64,000 bases of DNA from Candidatus Thorarchaeota archaeon (GTDB lineage Archaea > Asgardarchaeota > Thorarchaeia > Thorarchaeales > Thorarchaeaceae), in contig JAOUFI010000003.1 in assembly GCA_029858305.1 (NCBI GenBank), positions 15,788 through 79,787 of the forward strand, given 5' to 3'. This document shows positions 38,736 through 47,546 of the stretch, one piece after another. Below the pieces are notes generated by a model that worked only from the letters and a program-made list of their open reading frames with translations, had not been told where the DNA came from and made no database searches. A program made the position numbers and the translations under genes. Each line of letters starts with the position of its first letter. The first letter of the stretch is position 1.

Positions 38736-38806
38736 TTTGAAATTTTGGCGTTGTTGTGAAATAATATATTCATTCTGTCGAAAAAATTTGTACTCGAAGG
38801 AGAATC

Positions 38807-39592
38807 TTGAATTTGGTAGCTGTCAGTGTTGAGAGACTTGTAAAATCGTTTGGAAGTCTGGTAGCAGTAAATAATGTCACGTTCGAAGTACGCGAGGGTG
38901 AAATCTATGGATTACTTGGACCTAATGGGGCAGGCAAAACGACGACAATAAAGTGCCTAATGGGACTCTTGGATCCTGATAGTGGTTCAACCCATATTTA
39001 CCATGTGAATTCTCTAGAGAATCCAATTGAGGCCAAGAAACTTGTAGGCTATGTGCCCGAAGAGCACCAGCTCTATGACTCACTGACTCCGCGTGAACTG
39101 TTCGAATTCATTGCTTCAATTAGACAACTTCCTAAAGATAAAACTAACAAACGCATTGGAGAGATGGTGAAAGCACTCGATTTCGAGAAGTATTATGATT
39201 CAATGATTGTGACACTCTCGCAGGGGAACAAACAGAAGACAATGCTAATCTCTGCTTTACTTCATGCGCCAAAGCTCCTTATTCTTGACGAACCATTCTC
39301 GGGACTTGATGTAAGGACATCTAAGATAATCAAAGACATCATCCAGATTCATGTGGACAATGGAGGCTCCGTTCTTCTGTCTACGCATGTCATGGAAGTC
39401 GCTCAGGGACTTTGTGATCGAGTAGGGATTATTGACGATGGCGTATTGGTAGGTGAGGGAACACTATCTGAACTCAGAGCTCAGGCAAAAGAAGAGAGTG
39501 CTACTCTTGAGAAATTATTCCTCCGCCTTACAGAGCAGGAAGAGGAGGTCCAGGTCGGTGTCGATGCTCTTCGGGAGGCACTCTCAGAATGA
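38807..39592 (+). CDS. ABC transporter ATP-binding protein
   Basis: GPNGAGKTT, LSQGNKQK, LILDEP. Confidence 0.92.
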   Translation: MNLVAVSVERLVKSFGSLVAVNNVTFEVREGEIYGLLGPNGAGKTTTIKCLMGLLDPDSGSTHIYHVNSLENPIEAKKLVGYVPEEHQLYDSLTPRELFEFIASIRQLPKDKTNKRIGEMVKALDFEKYYDSMIVTLSQGNKQKTMLISALLHAPKLLILDEPFSGLDVRTSKIIKDIIQIHVDNGGSVLLSTHVMEVAQGLCDRVGIIDDGVLVGEGTLSELRAQAKEESATLEKLFLRLTEQEEEVQVGVDALREALSE

Positions 39593-41232
39593 ACTTCAGA
39601 GAGCGCTGGAGATTAGCAGGCATCATTGCACTACAGATGAGATTCGATGGGTTTCTCAAGAACAATCCTGGAAATATGGCTCGGATAAAGGAAAATCCTG
39701 AGAAAATCTCGAGAAGTATTCGATCTTCAAGCAGGGTGAACAGCATTCTGAGTGTCTTCATGATTATCATGTTGGCAGCACTCACTATTGGTGTCACTGG
39801 TTTCGATGCCTCAATTGGAGACCTCAATGTCCGACTTGCTGTAGGATTTTCATTCTTCATGGTTCTTGCCTTTGTCTTAATTTTCCTCCTAAATCTCACA
39901 ACTACAACTGGATTCTTTACATCCGGGGCTATGAAATTGCCAAGTATTTTACCTCTTAGTAGAAAGGAACTTGAGAGCCTTGCAGTACTTGCATTTACAC
40001 GCGTCTTCATTGCTCCAGCTATCCTCACCGTTACATTGTTCCCAGCGGCGTGTTTTGTTCTATTTGGGCCATTAGCAGGTTTTGTTGCGCTTATTGGATG
40101 TCTTGCCACGGTCTCAGTATCTCTACGTTCGTTGATTGGGTTCTCACGATGGTTCGAAACCAAGATGCTCTCATCAGATGAGTCGAAGATTGGGACTATA
40201 GTGAGGATAGCAGCCACTATAGGGCTTGTTGTTGGAATCATGAGTGTCTATATGCTGTCCAGCTACATCCCGTATATTGTTCAAGGAGTTATCATGTTCG
40301 CAGAATCTTTCAATGGAACATACTTGGTGCTCTCAGTCCTTTTTCCATTCTCATTTGGTTTCTTAGCCTCAGCTGTGACGCCAGGAGTAACTTTTCAAGA
40401 TTTGATGATTCCTTTGGTTTCAGGGGGTATGTCCCTCCTATATGGTTTGATTGCATTAGTATTCTATAGACAAAGCGGAAAATTGCTAAGGGGTCTTGCT
40501 ATTGGAGGAGTTTCAACAGGAAGAACTGGGCCACTGAGAGAAATTAGCATCGAAACGCGAACGCCCATAATAGCAGTAATTCGAAAAGATTTGAAGATGG
40601 CTACAAAGAGTGTTGGATCAGCAATCGTCTATGCAATTCCAATCTTTCTGATGATCATGTTGTATCCAATGATAAGAGGGATGTCACAAGACGGGCCGCT
40701 CCACAGCATCACTGCAATGACTGCGATAGCATATGCTAATCTCTTTGGGGGACTAACCGTGGTCTCAGTGATGATGTTTGATACACAAGGGGCGTCTATT
40801 CATGAGGGATTGCCCCTGAGTTCAAGACTAGTCCTTAAAGGAAAAACTGCAATCTCTATCATTCCATACACCATGACAATGCTGTTTATCGCCCTCTTGC
40901 TCTCTTTGTTTAATCCAATTACACCACTTGTCATCCTTATACCAATTTTAGCTATACCACTCGGATATGCAGTACCGATGTCTGTCGGAGCAGCCATGTA
41001 TCGCTACAAGGGAGGTGGTCGTGCTGTAGCTATCAATCTAGCTGCTGACCAAAAAATGGCGTTGATCGCAGGATTTGTAGGAGCAGTTGTAGGACTTGGG
41101 CCTCTTCTCGGATTTGGGATTGTCATGATAATGACAGGTTCACAGATTTTCAGTTTAGCAACTCAAGCACTTGTCACATTTGGCATCGTTTTAATGGCAC
41201 ATTTCCAGATTCCAAAGCTCCTCAAGGATTGA
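39589..41232 (+). CDS. ABC-2 type exporter permease (duplicated, ~14 TM)
   Basis: ATGA overlap with the ATPase gene, polytopic, RKDLK and LPLS motifs. Confidence 0.75.
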   Translation: MNFRERWRLAGIIALQMRFDGFLKNNPGNMARIKENPEKISRSIRSSSRVNSILSVFMIIMLAALTIGVTGFDASIGDLNVRLAVGFSFFMVLAFVLIFLLNLTTTTGFFTSGAMKLPSILPLSRKELESLAVLAFTRVFIAPAILTVTLFPAACFVLFGPLAGFVALIGCLATVSVSLRSLIGFSRWFETKMLSSDESKIGTIVRIAATIGLVVGIMSVYMLSSYIPYIVQGVIMFAESFNGTYLVLSVLFPFSFGFLASAVTPGVTFQDLMIPLVSGGMSLLYGLIALVFYRQSGKLLRGLAIGGVSTGRTGPLREISIETRTPIIAVIRKDLKMATKSVGSAIVYAIPIFLMIMLYPMIRGMSQDGPLHSITAMTAIAYANLFGGLTVVSVMMFDTQGASIHEGLPLSSRLVLKGKTAISIIPYTMTMLFIALLLSLFNPITPLVILIPILAIPLGYAVPMSVGAAMYRYKGGGRAVAINLAADQKMALIAGFVGAVVGLGPLLGFGIVMIMTGSQIFSLATQALVTFGIVLMAHFQIPKLLKD

Positions 41233-41292
41233 AAGCGCGATTGAGTCCCTTGAGCGAAGATTAAAATCGAGCATCTGTAATCAAAACACAAG

Positions 41293-41949
41293 ATGAAGCC
41301 ATTACTTACTCCATCAATACTAGCAGCAAACTTCGCAAATCTTGAGGAAGACATCAGAGCAGCTGAGAGAGGTGGTGCGGACTATTTTCATCTGGACATA
41401 ATGGACGGTCATTTTGTCCCAAACATATCTTTTGGACCGTGGATAGCCAAACAGATGAAGAAGATTACGGATAGACCTCTTGACGCACATCTGATGATAA
41501 CAAATCCCAGAGAGTACATTCCAAAGTTTATTGACGCTGGCGTAGAGCTGATCTATCCTCATGTAGAGGCATCATATGATGTCTACAGAACCGTACAGAT
41601 GATTACGGACTATGGAGCAAGAGCAGGCATTACACTCAATCCAGCCACACCGGTTTCTTCTTTGGAGGGCGTAATCGACCTTATCGACTCGGTTTTAATT
41701 ATGTCAGTTTGTCCAGGTTTCGGGGGGCAGAAATTCATCCCCTCATCGATGAAGAAAATAACCGATCTTCGAGCTCTTCTCGATGAAATCAAACCGAGTG
41801 TTCGCATTGCAGTTGATGGTGGTGTGACTCTTGAGAACATTCGAGACCTTCGCAAAGCTGGAGCTGATTTCTTCATTGCAGGTTCAGCAGTGTTCAAAGC
41901 ACCTGATATCGAAGAGAGAGTACGTGCAATGAAGAAGGCCATGGAATAG
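41293..41949 (+). CDS. rpe: Ribulose-phosphate 3-epimerase
   Basis: PSILAANF, HLDIMDGHFVPN, DAHLM, MSV.PGFGGQ, VDGGV. Confidence 0.96.
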   Translation: MKPLLTPSILAANFANLEEDIRAAERGGADYFHLDIMDGHFVPNISFGPWIAKQMKKITDRPLDAHLMITNPREYIPKFIDAGVELIYPHVEASYDVYRTVQMITDYGARAGITLNPATPVSSLEGVIDLIDSVLIMSVCPGFGGQKFIPSSMKKITDLRALLDEIKPSVRIAVDGGVTLENIRDLRKAGADFFIAGSAVFKAPDIEERVRAMKKAME

Positions 41950-42056
41950 AATTTTATATACACGATTTTTCTCCCAACCCTACGTTTTAAATCATGAATG
42001 AATGTTAGACAACCTAGTAACAACTTAATCTAGGTCGAAATAGGAGAGAACTATAA

Positions 42057-42707
42057 TTGAAATTCTTCATAGATACTGCCAATGTTGATGAGATTCGAAA
42101 GGCTCATGAGAGAGGAATGGTTGATGGTGTTACCACAAACCCATCACTGGTTGCAAAGGAAGGAAGAGATTTTCGCAAGATTATTGATGAGATTGCATCG
42201 TTTGTAGAAGGACCGATCAGTCTTGAGGTCATCAGCGAAGATTCAGAAGGAATGATGAAAGAAGCCAGAGAGCTAAACAGCTGGATTGACAATGCAGCCA
42301 TTAAGATACCCATGACCTGGGAAGGTCTGAAGGCAGTCAAGCAGTGCGCAGATGAGGGTATCCAGACAAACGTCACACTATGCTTCAGCGCAAATCAGGC
42401 ACTTCTTGCAGCCAAAGCAGGAGCAACCTTCGTTTCTCCATTCATTGGTAGACTTGATGATGTTGGGCAAACAGGGATGGACTTGATTGAGAGCATTGGT
42501 CAAATCTATGCGAATTATGGAATTGATACAGAGATTATTGTTGCCAGTATCAGGCATCCGATCCATGTCTATGAAGCAGCACTTATTGGAGCAGATATTG
42601 CTACAATTCCTCCTGCAGTTCTTGATAAAATGGTGAACCATCCACTCACAGATGTTGGTATCAAGAAGTTCCTAGAAGATTGGGAAAAGGTAAAGAAAGC
42701 AAAGTGA
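42057..42707 (+). CDS. tal: Transaldolase / fructose-6-phosphate aldolase (TalC type)
   Basis: [45 protein letters not shown]. Confidence 0.93.
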   Translation: MKFFIDTANVDEIRKAHERGMVDGVTTNPSLVAKEGRDFRKIIDEIASFVEGPISLEVISEDSEGMMKEARELNSWIDNAAIKIPMTWEGLKAVKQCADEGIQTNVTLCFSANQALLAAKAGATFVSPFIGRLDDVGQTGMDLIESIGQIYANYGIDTEIIVASIRHPIHVYEAALIGADIATIPPAVLDKMVNHPLTDVGIKKFLEDWEKVKKAK

Positions 42708-42893
42708 TTGCTATCTGTGTTTAATTAAGAACATTAAAGGTAAAGAAGTGGAAAGAGGGGATGAAGAGCTCCTCTTTATTTTGATTACAGCGCCTTGCCA
42801 ATTGCTATTAAGATGAGAGGAATTATACCGTAAAGATTAATGACAAGAATGATATGCCGTTGCGTTGTCTATCAACACTCTGTGGGAAGGCCT

Positions 42894-44447
42894 ATGAAGA
42901 TCGAAGCTGACCTTGTTATCTTTAATGGGAACATCATCACTATGGATCCTCAAAAACCGAATGCCTCAGCTATGGCGGTGAAGAGCTATAAGGTCCTTGC
43001 AGTCGGTGAAGAAGATGCGGTAATCGATCTTGTTCCGGATGCAAAGCGGGTCATCGATCTTGGAGGTAAAACAGTCGTTCCAGGTTTCATTGATTCACAC
43101 ACTCATCTAACTAGTAGTGGCGTTAAAGAAGCCCATATCAAATTGAACGAGGCCAAATCAATTGATGAGGCTTTACAAAAAATTAGAGAAGAATTGCATC
43201 GTTACTCCAATGAAGAGTGGATACTAGGGTATGGTTGGGATGAAAGCGAGTGGCCGATTAAACGGTATATTGACGGTAAGGATTTAGATAATGTTAGTAT
43301 GACCCAACCAATTATGGTAACAAGAGTAGATGGCCATCTTGCAGCGGTGAATATGATAGGACTGAAGAAACTCGGGATACCATTGAATCAAGAAGGAGTT
43401 CAGAAAGACAAGAAAGGAAAACCAACTGGCATTTTGAAGGATATTGAGGAAGTCTGGGAGAAGGTGAGACCAAGTCCAGAGAAGATACAAAAAGGTGTCA
43501 AAGCAGGGAATAAAATTGCTAATGGGCTAGGTATCACCACTGCTGTTGATAATGCAAGCAGTGGAACTTTGAAGTATATTCGTGAAGTGGAAACTATGGA
43601 TAAACTCACTACACGGATGATAGTGAATTTCCCTGTTGAGCAGATTGACCATCTTATCGCCCTTGGCATGACCTCAGGAATGGGCAGTCCACTCGTAAAA
43701 ATTGGGGGCGTCAAGATATTTACTGATGGGTCCATTGGTGCAATGACCGCAGCAGTATCGAGAGGATACAAAACAGATCCCAAGAACAAAGGGATGCTAC
43801 TCTTTTCAAAAGCCAAATACAGCAAAATCGTGCGAAAAGCTGTTGAGAATAATATTCAGACTGTTACGCATGCTATTGGAGATGAGGCCATTGAGATGGT
43901 CATAACAACCTTCGAAGACATTGAAGACAAAAGCATACTACGCGACCAACGCCATCGAATTGAACATGCTGAGCTGATAAATGAGTACCAAATTCGGAGA
44001 GCTGTAAGTCTTGGCCTTATCCTTTCGATGCAGCCCAACTTCGTAGGGCGTTGGCAACATGAGGGAGGTCTTTATGATTCGAGGCTGGACGAAGAAACTG
44101 TTCGTGGAATGAACATGTTCAGGGTTGCACTAGATAATGGTGCCAGATTGTGTTTTGGTTCTGACGGAATGCCGTACGGACCTCTCTATGGCATCTGGTC
44201 AGCAACAACTCACCCCAACGAGAGAGTTAAACTCACAGTTGAAGAAGCATTACGATGCTATACAATGGAGAGTGCGTATTCTGTTTTCCAAGAGAGCACA
44301 CTAGGCAGTTTGACTGTCGGTAAGAGAGCTGACTTTGTTGTACTATCAGAGAATATTCTGGAGATACCACCAGATAGAATCAAAGATGTAGATATTGATA
44401 TGACAGTTGTTGGAGGTATCGTCGAATATTCCGCAGCGAAACTCTGA
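42894..44447 (+). CDS. Amidohydrolase 3 family (YtcJ-like)
   Basis: PGFIDSHTH, KIFTDGSIG, HAIGD, HRIEH, FGSD, GKRADFVVL. ATG 42894 preferred over 42840. Confidence 0.9.
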   Translation: MKIEADLVIFNGNIITMDPQKPNASAMAVKSYKVLAVGEEDAVIDLVPDAKRVIDLGGKTVVPGFIDSHTHLTSSGVKEAHIKLNEAKSIDEALQKIREELHRYSNEEWILGYGWDESEWPIKRYIDGKDLDNVSMTQPIMVTRVDGHLAAVNMIGLKKLGIPLNQEGVQKDKKGKPTGILKDIEEVWEKVRPSPEKIQKGVKAGNKIANGLGITTAVDNASSGTLKYIREVETMDKLTTRMIVNFPVEQIDHLIALGMTSGMGSPLVKIGGVKIFTDGSIGAMTAAVSRGYKTDPKNKGMLLFSKAKYSKIVRKAVENNIQTVTHAIGDEAIEMVITTFEDIEDKSILRDQRHRIEHAELINEYQIRRAVSLGLILSMQPNFVGRWQHEGGLYDSRLDEETVRGMNMFRVALDNGARLCFGSDGMPYGPLYGIWSATTHPNERVKLTVEEALRCYTMESAYSVFQESTLGSLTVGKRADFVVLSENILEIPPDRIKDVDIDMTVVGGIVEYSAAKL

Positions 44448-44458
44448 GGTGTGATAAT

Positions 44459-46273
44459 ATGGGGAAGGTCAGAGTACTGACCGAGGATCTTGTGTCCTTG
44501 ATTTCAGCTGGAGAGGTCATCGAGAATCCTTCTTCTATCGTAAAGGAATTGATTGAGAATTCATTGGATGCAGGAGCAGACATGGTAGATGTAATGATCG
44601 AAGGAGGAGGAATAAAGACAATCTCGGTTTCAGATAATGGAAGTGGTATCCTCAAGGAGGATTGTCGAATCTGTCTCCAACGTTATTCGACAAGTAAAAT
44701 CAGTACGAGAGCTGATCTTGATAGGATAGTTACTTATGGATTCAGAGGGGAAGCGCTTGCAAGCATCGCTTCCGTTGCTGATATAAAGATTGTAACGCGA
44801 ACAGAGGAAGAAGAAACAGGAACACTCATTCAGTCTAGGTTTGGAAAAAAACCAACCTACAGCGAGATATCACGTCCAAGAGGGACAACTGTAGAGGTCA
44901 GGGATCTGTTCAGAAATATTGCAGCTCGCCGAAAGCATCTAGCTGATGCAAAGGTAGAATCACAGAGAATCCAGGAGGTTGTGATGAAACATGCAGCTAT
45001 TCGTCCGGAGATCGGTTTTCGTCTAATTAGAGATGGAGAAACCATCATCGACAGCCCCCCTAGTCAGACAGCAACAGATAGGATTGCATCTTTATGGGGC
45101 AGTGAAATTGCGAAGGCTCTAATCGATGTCGACTTCGCTGTGGATAATGTAAGAATCCATGGTTTTGTTGCAAGACCTCCCGTATCTCGAGGTAATAGGT
45201 CTCGCGAATATTTCTCAGTGGTCAAGAGACCGGTAACTGATGAGAAGATGAGCCAAGCTCTTGAGTCTGTTTTTTCTACAACCTTGATGAAAGGACAATA
45301 TCCAATATGCGCGCTAGATGTTTCAATCGATCTCTCGAAAGTTGATGTCAATGTACATCCAACAAAGAGGGAAGTAAGGATTCTTGACATCAATGAAGTT
45401 TGCACAATTTTGAAAAAAGCGGTTCGTTATTCTTTCGGAGAGCGCGATTTACCGGAAGAGGTAACATCCTTAGAAGATACGATTGGTGAATCTCTTCAGG
45501 CAATCTCAACCGATATTGTACAAAGTACTACGCCGAGCATGAGCCCAATCTCCCATGAGGATCAGATAGCAGCAGTGCCACTAGTTGAGCAAATGCTACT
45601 CAAGCCGATATCTGATGATGAGCATGAATCTCTCGATGTTGCCATATTAGGCGGAGTCTTCAGAATAATCGGACAGATTCACAATCTCTACATCCTTCTT
45701 GAATTCGATGATGGGCTCTTGATTGTGGATCAGCATGCTGCTCATGAGAGAGTTCTTTATGAGCAACTGCGAAAAGAAATGAATGATGGAACAATAGCCA
45801 TTCAAGAACTACTCCAACCCTTTGTACTTAGCTTGAGTCGAAAAGATGCAGAACAGATACTAGGAATCTCAGATATTCTCGATGATATTGGATATACAGT
45901 GAGTAGCTTTGGTGGAAATGATATTTCAATCTCTACACTCCCGGAAATCTTTGGCAGAATAGCATCCGAAAAGGAGCTAATGGCTCTAGTAGACAGGATT
46001 ATTGATCTTGGGCAGCATACTGCACGAGAAACCTTCATGGATGAATTAGTCAAAGTAACAGCCTGTCATTCTGCTATACGCTCCGGTCAGCCACTCAATA
46101 CTGAAGAGATTCGTAATCTTCTTGTAGATTTGTCAAAGACGAAAAGTAAGTACAATTGTTGTCATGGCAGACCTTCCATGCTCAAGATACTAAAAGATGA
46201 TATCGATCGCAGTGTTGGTAGGATGGGACCTGATGCTATTAGTAGATATAGAGCAAGGCATGGTTTGAAATAG
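44459..46273 (+). CDS. mutL: DNA mismatch repair endonuclease MutL
   Basis: ISAGEVIE.P..VKELIENSLDAG, YGFRGEAL, VDVNVHPTK, DQHAAHER, ACH, CCHGRP. Confidence 0.97.
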   Translation: MGKVRVLTEDLVSLISAGEVIENPSSIVKELIENSLDAGADMVDVMIEGGGIKTISVSDNGSGILKEDCRICLQRYSTSKISTRADLDRIVTYGFRGEALASIASVADIKIVTRTEEEETGTLIQSRFGKKPTYSEISRPRGTTVEVRDLFRNIAARRKHLADAKVESQRIQEVVMKHAAIRPEIGFRLIRDGETIIDSPPSQTATDRIASLWGSEIAKALIDVDFAVDNVRIHGFVARPPVSRGNRSREYFSVVKRPVTDEKMSQALESVFSTTLMKGQYPICALDVSIDLSKVDVNVHPTKREVRILDINEVCTILKKAVRYSFGERDLPEEVTSLEDTIGESLQAISTDIVQSTTPSMSPISHEDQIAAVPLVEQMLLKPISDDEHESLDVAILGGVFRIIGQIHNLYILLEFDDGLLIVDQHAAHERVLYEQLRKEMNDGTIAIQELLQPFVLSLSRKDAEQILGISDILDDIGYTVSSFGGNDISISTLPEIFGRIASEKELMALVDRIIDLGQHTARETFMDELVKVTACHSAIRSGQPLNTEEIRNLLVDLSKTKSKYNCCHGRPSMLKILKDDIDRSVGRMGPDAISRYRARHGLK

Positions 46274-46424
46274 CTCTGAGTACTTTCCATAGATTGACGA
46301 AGGTGCATACTGATAAGAGAATCTAACCATAGAAAGAATGGCAGTCGATGAGGCTAACAATACTGTCAGAGCCTTGAGCGATGATGAAACGGTGAGCAGC
46401 TGAGACTTGCCACCCTATACACTC

Positions 46425-47462
46425 TCATCTGAGCAATTCATCAACAAGTAAGTCGATTTTGGGAATAATAATCCCTGTTAAATCTTCGAGTCTATCGCGT
46501 ACACCTTTTATGTGGTCCACTCTTGACTTAATCATCTCTATGGCATCTGGTCGCATTCCCAACTCATCAGCGCCCAGACTCAATGACGTAGAAATATCAA
46601 AAAGACGTCTAAGAATTGCTGTTACTTCAAAGAATTCAATTTGTTCAACCGGTTTCTGCGCAGCTTTTTCATAGTTTTTGAGAATATCTTCACGCAACTT
46701 CATACTACCAAAGGTCCCAGATAATAGTAAAGTCCAAGCGAGATCCTTACGATAGTCATCAATGCTTGAAGCTCCCCAATCTATTACGTACGGCTTATCA
46801 CTACTATCAAGAAGAATGTTGAATGGATGATAATCTCCGTGTGTAATGGATGGTGTAACACTAGAAATACCATCAACTCGTTTCATTAGCCACTCATATA
46901 TTGGAGTCAATTCTTTCTTTTGATACTCCTTGAGTGCAATCTTATACCGAGTAAGACGGGAGAAAACTAGACCACGCGTATCGGACAAGGATTGCTTCTC
47001 TGAGTCAGTTGCAAAAGATGTCCAATCTAATCGATGCAAATTCACAAAGAGTCTACAGAAAATTTCCATCCACCTTTTATATTCAAATTCAGAGGCACCT
47101 AGTTTTTCATCAAGAAGCAATCCATCAATTCGCTCCATGAGTATGAATGGATTACCAATAACGCCAGCATCTTTCTCAACGAGATAAACCTCTGGAACAG
47201 GATATCCCAAATTGTAAAGTTGCTTCATCTTTGAAAATTCGGCTAGCGCCTTTGCAGTTGCACCTTTACCAGGGAATATTCGAGCGATAATGCCTTGATC
47301 GTGCGATTCGCCATTAGATTGCCAATTAAGGTCGAGAGAGATGATTTCTGTTTCCCACCCACTGGTAATATTACGAAGATTGTTGACTTGGAGATTGTTT
47401 CTATCTGAATAGTATTGGCGAATGTAGTTAATTAACGGTGCAGATTCCATGAAAATACACAT
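46425..47462 (-). CDS. Aminoglycoside phosphotransferase (APH) family kinase
   Basis: GYPVPEV, PFILMERIDG, HGDYHPFNIL, VIDW. Confidence 0.88.
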   Translation of the reverse strand: MCIFMESAPLINYIRQYYSDRNNLQVNNLRNITSGWETEIISLDLNWQSNGESHDQGIIARIFPGKGATAKALAEFSKMKQLYNLGYPVPEVYLVEKDAGVIGNPFILMERIDGLLLDEKLGASEFEYKRWMEIFCRLFVNLHRLDWTSFATDSEKQSLSDTRGLVFSRLTRYKIALKEYQKKELTPIYEWLMKRVDGISSVTPSITHGDYHPFNILLDSSDKPYVIDWGASSIDDYRKDLAWTLLLSGTFGSMKLREDILKNYEKAAQKPVEQIEFFEVTAILRRLFDISTSLSLGADELGMRPDAIEMIKSRVDHIKGVRDRLEDLTGIIIPKIDLLVDELLR

Positions 47463-47546
47463 ATTATTACACTAAATTAGTTATTCCTATCGACAACAAA
47501 AAAGAAAGGAAGAGAGAGGGCTTTCCAAGAAGACCTCTCTATAGGT

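Noticed and set aside
39528-40241. 237-aa minus-strand ORF, and similar 100-190 aa antisense ORFs at 14289, 18230, 51852 and 62273
   Set aside because: They lie fully antisense to well-supported genes and have no recognisable motifs.
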